A stretch of DNA of 64,000 nucleotides from Rhodoluna sp. (GTDB taxonomy: Bacteria; Actinomycetota; Actinomycetes; Actinomycetales; Microbacteriaceae): NCBI GenBank assembly GCA_044373385.1, contig JBILQF010000003.1, positions 29,409 through 93,408 on the forward strand. Reading direction: 5' to 3'. A program made the position numbers and the translations under genes. Under the pieces are notes generated by a model that searched no databases, was not told where the DNA came from, and saw nothing but the letters and a program-made list of their open reading frames with translations. Positions 60,903 through 64,000 of the stretch are shown one piece after another (the stretch's first letter is position 1; every line of letters starts with the position of its first letter).

Positions 60903-61738
60903 GCGGTAATCCAGCCATTACTCAACATAACTAATAGCGCGATACCAACTACTAATCGCCAAACAACAAAAGGCATGAACGAGCCCTTGTTCAAATACTT
61001 CAAGAGCCCTGCAATTACTGCATAGCCAACGACAAATGAAGTAATTGTTGCCACGACTGTTCCTGATAACGCAGCTGAATCTAGTTGCTGGTAGCTGTCT
61101 TTGAACTCGATTAGTCCACTTGCAAGAACTGCTGGTATTCCAATTAGGAAAGAGAATCTAGCCGCAGCTGCTCTATTGAATCCTGCGAACAAACCAAAGC
61201 TTATGCTTGCTCCTGATCTAGATACGCCAGGGACGACTGCCAGAGCTTGCCCTAGTCCAAAACCTAAAGCTGTATTGAAAGTCATGTCAGAAACCTCCTT
61301 TTGTTTTCTTCCGTAACGATCAGCTAGATAAAGAATTGCAGCGAACAAGATCATCGTGAATGCAACCACCCAAAGGGTTCTAACAGTTTCTTGAATGAAT
61401 TCTCTAAGTAGGTATCCAGCAAGACCAACAGGTATTGAAGCAATGATGACAAGCCACGCCATTCTGTAATCTGCACTACCGCGGTGCCTTGAGTTGAAAA
61501 CTCCCCTAAACCATGCTTTAACCAGACGAGCAATGTCTTTAGCGAAGTAGATCAGCACGGCAGCTTCAGTGCCTAGTTGGATAGTGGCTATGAATGCTGT
61601 TGTTGCGGAGTTCTTATCTGAAAGACCCGGAACTTGCATAAGCTCGGAGGCTATTTGTACGTGAGCACTAGATGAGACAGGAAGAAATTCTGTTAGGCCT
61701 TGAACAATTCCTAGAATGATTGCTTCTAGGAAATTCAT
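60899..61738 (-). CDS. uppP: Undecaprenyl-diphosphate phosphatase
   Basis: LGIVQGLTEFLPVSSSAH and PGVSRSG motifs. Confidence 0.9.
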   Translation of the reverse strand: MNFLEAIILGIVQGLTEFLPVSSSAHVQIASELMQVPGLSDKNSATTAFIATIQLGTEAAVLIYFAKDIARLVKAWFRGVFNSRHRGSADYRMAWLVIIASIPVGLAGYLLREFIQETVRTLWVVAFTMILFAAILYLADRYGRKQKEVSDMTFNTALGFGLGQALAVVPGVSRSGASISFGLFAGFNRAAAARFSFLIGIPAVLASGLIEFKDSYQQLDSAALSGTVVATITSFVVGYAVIAGLLKYLNKGSFMPFVVWRLVVGIALLVMLSNGWITA

Positions 61739-61953
61739 GACCAGTCTTCGTCGTCTTCCGCTAACTCCATAGGAAGCACTTCCCCGTATTCATCGGAGAT
61801 AGCCTCTTCATAATCTAGGAAGGCAGTTTTGAGGTGCTCATACGTTGCAACAACTGCCGGGTCTTCGCTTCCTCGACCGCTAGAAATCGCCTCGTAATGT
61901 CTTTCGAGTGCAGCTACCAAACTGTTCAGAGTGTTACGCGCTTCATGAGCCAT
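61735..61953 (-). CDS. Small acidic cytoplasmic protein (unknown function)
   Basis: 72 aa with an acidic C-terminus ELAEDDEDWS. Its stop overlaps the uppP start (ATGA), suggesting co-translation. Confidence 0.5.
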   Translation of the reverse strand: MAHEARNTLNSLVAALERHYEAISSGRGSEDPAVVATYEHLKTAFLDYEEAISDEYGEVLPMELAEDDEDWS

Positions 61954-62065
61954 GATTCAAAACTACTCCTGCTTACCCCAATTGTCATCAACCATGGGCC
62001 AAAGTCTTCGTCTGTATTCGTAGTAACATTTAGAACTGGTAGTCAATGATGAATGCCAACCTAAA

Positions 62066-62148
62066 GTCCGGGTGGCGAAATGGTAGACGCGCTAGCTTGA
62101 GGTGCTAGTCCTCGCAAGGGGGTAGGGGTTCAAGTCCCCTTTCGGACA
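62066..62148 (+). tRNA. tRNA-Leu (anticodon GAG), type II long variable arm, no encoded CCA
   Basis: Acceptor gtccggg/ttcggac, anticodon stem ctagc/gctag with loop ttGAGgt, long variable arm, T arm agggg-ttcaagt-cccct. Confidence 0.85.
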
Positions 62149-62169
62149 CGTAGTTTGAGACAGCTACTC

Positions 62170-62200
62170 AAGCCCCGGCAGCAATGTCGGGGCTTTTCTT
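62170..62200 (+). terminator. Rho-independent terminator after tRNA-Leu
   Basis: aagccccg-N10-cggggctt followed by the ttttctt run. Confidence 0.75.
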
Positions 62201-62226
62201 ATTCAATATCAAAGAGACAGAAATTA

Positions 62227-63078
62227 ATGACTGATCAGAGCCAAGCGAATGTAGAAGGCTTATCTTCTGCTGCTCTGTTCTCTATTGAAACAGCCAGAGA
62301 ACGAATAGTTGGCAAGAGAGTCTTTGTTTTGACAGGAGCTGGATTAAGTACGGATTCCGGTATCCCTGACTACCGTGGGCAAGGTCGTGTTGCTAAGCAC
62401 CCAATGACCTATGACACTTTCATGGGCTCTGAACTGGCACAGAAGCGATACTGGGCTAGAAGCTATGTCGGTTGGTCAAGAATCTCTTCTGCTTCGCCTA
62501 ACCCTGGGCACATTTCATTAGCTAAGGCAGAGGCTCAAGGTCGAATAAGAGCCCTTGTAACCCAGAATGTCGATGGACTTCATCAGGAGGCCGGCAGTAA
62601 GTCTGTGATTGATCTGCACGGTCGTCTGGATCGAGTCGTTTGCATGGGTTGCAAAGACTCCATCGCAAGAATTGAAATGGACAGTTTCCTAAAGGAATTG
62701 AATCCTGACATCATAAAAGATGTTTCGGTTGAATTCACGCCTGATGGCGACGCTGAGATTGAAGGTACTGAGAATTTTATTGTTCCAAGTTGCACTAAAT
62801 GCAATGGTGTTTATAAGCCGGATGTTGTCTTCTTTGGTGAATCAGTTCCAAGTAGTCGAGTAGAACTAGCTCTGAATCTCCTTGAGGATTCAGATGTCCT
62901 CTTGGTTGCCGGAACATCGCTGACAGTCAACTCAGGGTATAGATTCGCCAAGCAAGCTTCAAATACCGAGAAACCTATAGTCGTTGTTAACTTAGGTCCT
63001 ACACGAGCCGATCATCTAGCTAACGCAAAGATAGAGGCGAACACTTCCTTGGCTCTAGAGAGGCTCTTAGTTGACTGA
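62227..63078 (+). CDS. NAD-dependent protein deacylase, Sir2 family (class II/SIRT4-like)
   Basis: GAGLSTDSGIPDYRG, TQNVDGLH, zinc ribbon CMGC...CTKC. I chose the ATG at 62227 because the ORF-track start at 62155 runs through the tRNA terminator. Confidence 0.85.
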   Translation: MTDQSQANVEGLSSAALFSIETARERIVGKRVFVLTGAGLSTDSGIPDYRGQGRVAKHPMTYDTFMGSELAQKRYWARSYVGWSRISSASPNPGHISLAKAEAQGRIRALVTQNVDGLHQEAGSKSVIDLHGRLDRVVCMGCKDSIARIEMDSFLKELNPDIIKDVSVEFTPDGDAEIEGTENFIVPSCTKCNGVYKPDVVFFGESVPSSRVELALNLLEDSDVLLVAGTSLTVNSGYRFAKQASNTEKPIVVVNLGPTRADHLANAKIEANTSLALERLLVD

Positions 63079-63649
63079 AACAATTCTTGGACTACTACGA
63101 CATGGTCAAACAGATTGGAACATCGATCTCAGACTCCAAGGTTCCACTGACATCCCTCTCAATGAAACCGGTCGAGAGCAGGCTCGCACAGCAGCCGCAC
63201 ATTTGAATCGTGAGGATTGGGACATCATCATCGCCTCTCCCCTCTCTCGAGCTAAAGACACAGCTGACATCGTGGCACAAGAACTTGGCATGAATGTAGT
63301 TATCGTTCCTGAACTTATCGAGAGATCTTTTGGAGTAGCTGAAGGGCTAGATCACGCATCTTGGCGAAAACTCTATGAGAGTCGTCAAGTCATTGAAGGC
63401 CTTGAGTCTCTTGAGGACCTAAGAACAAGAACAGTTCACTTGCTGGATATCATTGCTAATGAATATTCAGGTCAGAGAGTACTGGCGGTTTCCCATGGAG
63501 CCTTCATCCGTAAGGTTCTCACTATCGTCACCAACGGTGAATTGCCTCGTGAAGGTGAACGTCTTAGCAATGCATCCCTGAATAGATTTATGCACGCCGA
63601 TGGTACCTGGACCATTACTGATTACAGACCAGAGTCTTTAGGAATCTAG
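63071..63649 (+). CDS. Histidine phosphatase (phosphoglycerate mutase superfamily)
   Basis: LLRHGQTDWN catalytic RHG motif and a downstream SHG. 8 nt overlap with the sirtuin gene. Confidence 0.85.
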   Translation: MTETILGLLRHGQTDWNIDLRLQGSTDIPLNETGREQARTAAAHLNREDWDIIIASPLSRAKDTADIVAQELGMNVVIVPELIERSFGVAEGLDHASWRKLYESRQVIEGLESLEDLRTRTVHLLDIIANEYSGQRVLAVSHGAFIRKVLTIVTNGELPREGERLSNASLNRFMHADGTWTITDYRPESLGI

Positions 63650-64000
63650 TTCCTCAAACATAGTGAGAAGAGCATCAGCAGACTTATCCCAATCAAATAC
63701 GCTTGCTTGCTTCAGAGATAGCTGGCACTTTTCTCTCCAAGTTGAATCTTGTTCTAGAGATGAGAGTGCATTAGTAAAACTCTCAGGACTATCTTGGTCA
63801 AAGTATGTACCTGCAGGACCTGCTACCTCAGTGAAGATCTCTAGTTGAGACACAACTACAGGAGTTCCCTGTTGCATGGCTTCTACCAATGGGATACCGA
63901 ATCCTTCATCCTTGCTAGCACTTACCAAAGCAAAACTAGAGAGCAATAGCTCCTTGTATTCTTCATCGCTAACGCCATTATGGAAGACCAAGTGTGCACC
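63638..64000 (-). CDS. GT4-family glycosyltransferase, C-terminal part (5' end outside window)
   Basis: EGFGIPLVEAMQQGTPVVVS EX7E region. The frame stays open to the window edge. Confidence 0.7.
   Translation of the reverse strand, partial: GAHLVFHNGVSDEEYKELLLSSFALVSASKDEGFGIPLVEAMQQGTPVVVSQLEIFTEVAGPAGTYFDQDSPESFTNALSSLEQDSTWREKCQLSLKQASVFDWDKSADALLTMFEELDS

Noticed and set aside
62155-62226. Upstream start of the sirtuin ORF at 62155.
   Set aside because: It would begin 7 nt after tRNA-Leu and read through the terminator hairpin at 62170-62200. The ATG at 62227 leaves a sensible N-terminus ahead of the GAGxS motif.
62227-63649. Sir2-domain gene plus overlapping phosphatase as a possible Sir2-type anti-phage module.
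   Set aside because: The sirtuin has the full housekeeping deacylase architecture: GAGxSxxSGIPDYRG, the QNVDGLH motif and a 4-Cys zinc ribbon. It has no fused sensor or effector partner. The neighbour is an ordinary RHG histidine phosphatase in a core-gene context.

Overview
This 64 kb window is densely packed, syntenic core chromosome of an actinobacterium with unusually low GC (mid-40s % by eye, not computed). It is probably a streamlined freshwater lineage, but that is inference only.

Gene content:
- The + strand block leuS'-comEA-comEC-holA, rpsT, lepA-hemW, hrcA-dnaJ-rsmE, HIT-phoH-ybeY-corC-era, leuA, recO-uppS, glyQS, dus-dgt-dnaG is housekeeping.
- The second half holds ctaE-qcrCAB, trpD, rbpA, lnt-ppm1, helY-tatC-tatA-pafC-pafB, trmI, uppP and a sirtuin.
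- There are three tRNAs: Asn-GTT, Met/Ile2-CAT and Leu-GAG.
- I saw no mobile elements, CRISPR arrays or obvious defence islands.

Items worth a second look:
1. A sensor-kinase/LuxR-regulator pair downstream of tRNA-Asn has lost the phosphotransfer residues in both partners. The H-box His is Asn. The receiver Asp is Glu, and the acidic pocket and Lys are also gone.
2. The conserved trmI ... pafBC-tatAC-helY neighbourhood has no arc/dop/pup/prcBA/pafA genes and no remnants of them. pafBC and a PAC2 gene are retained.
3. An alpha-glucan locus encodes a secreted non-catalytic protein with two pullulanase-associated-type modules, a type I pullulanase and MalEFG. Two genes are preceded by the same cre-like LacI-type operator, but the window has no regulator or ATPase gene.
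4. A Leu-Leu-Leu leader peptide lies upstream of leuA.
5. A CIRCE operator lies upstream of hrcA.
6. Compaction is extreme, including four convergent gene pairs with overlapping 3' ends.

I cannot point to a clearly novel multi-gene system with confidence. The degenerate two-component pair is the best candidate.
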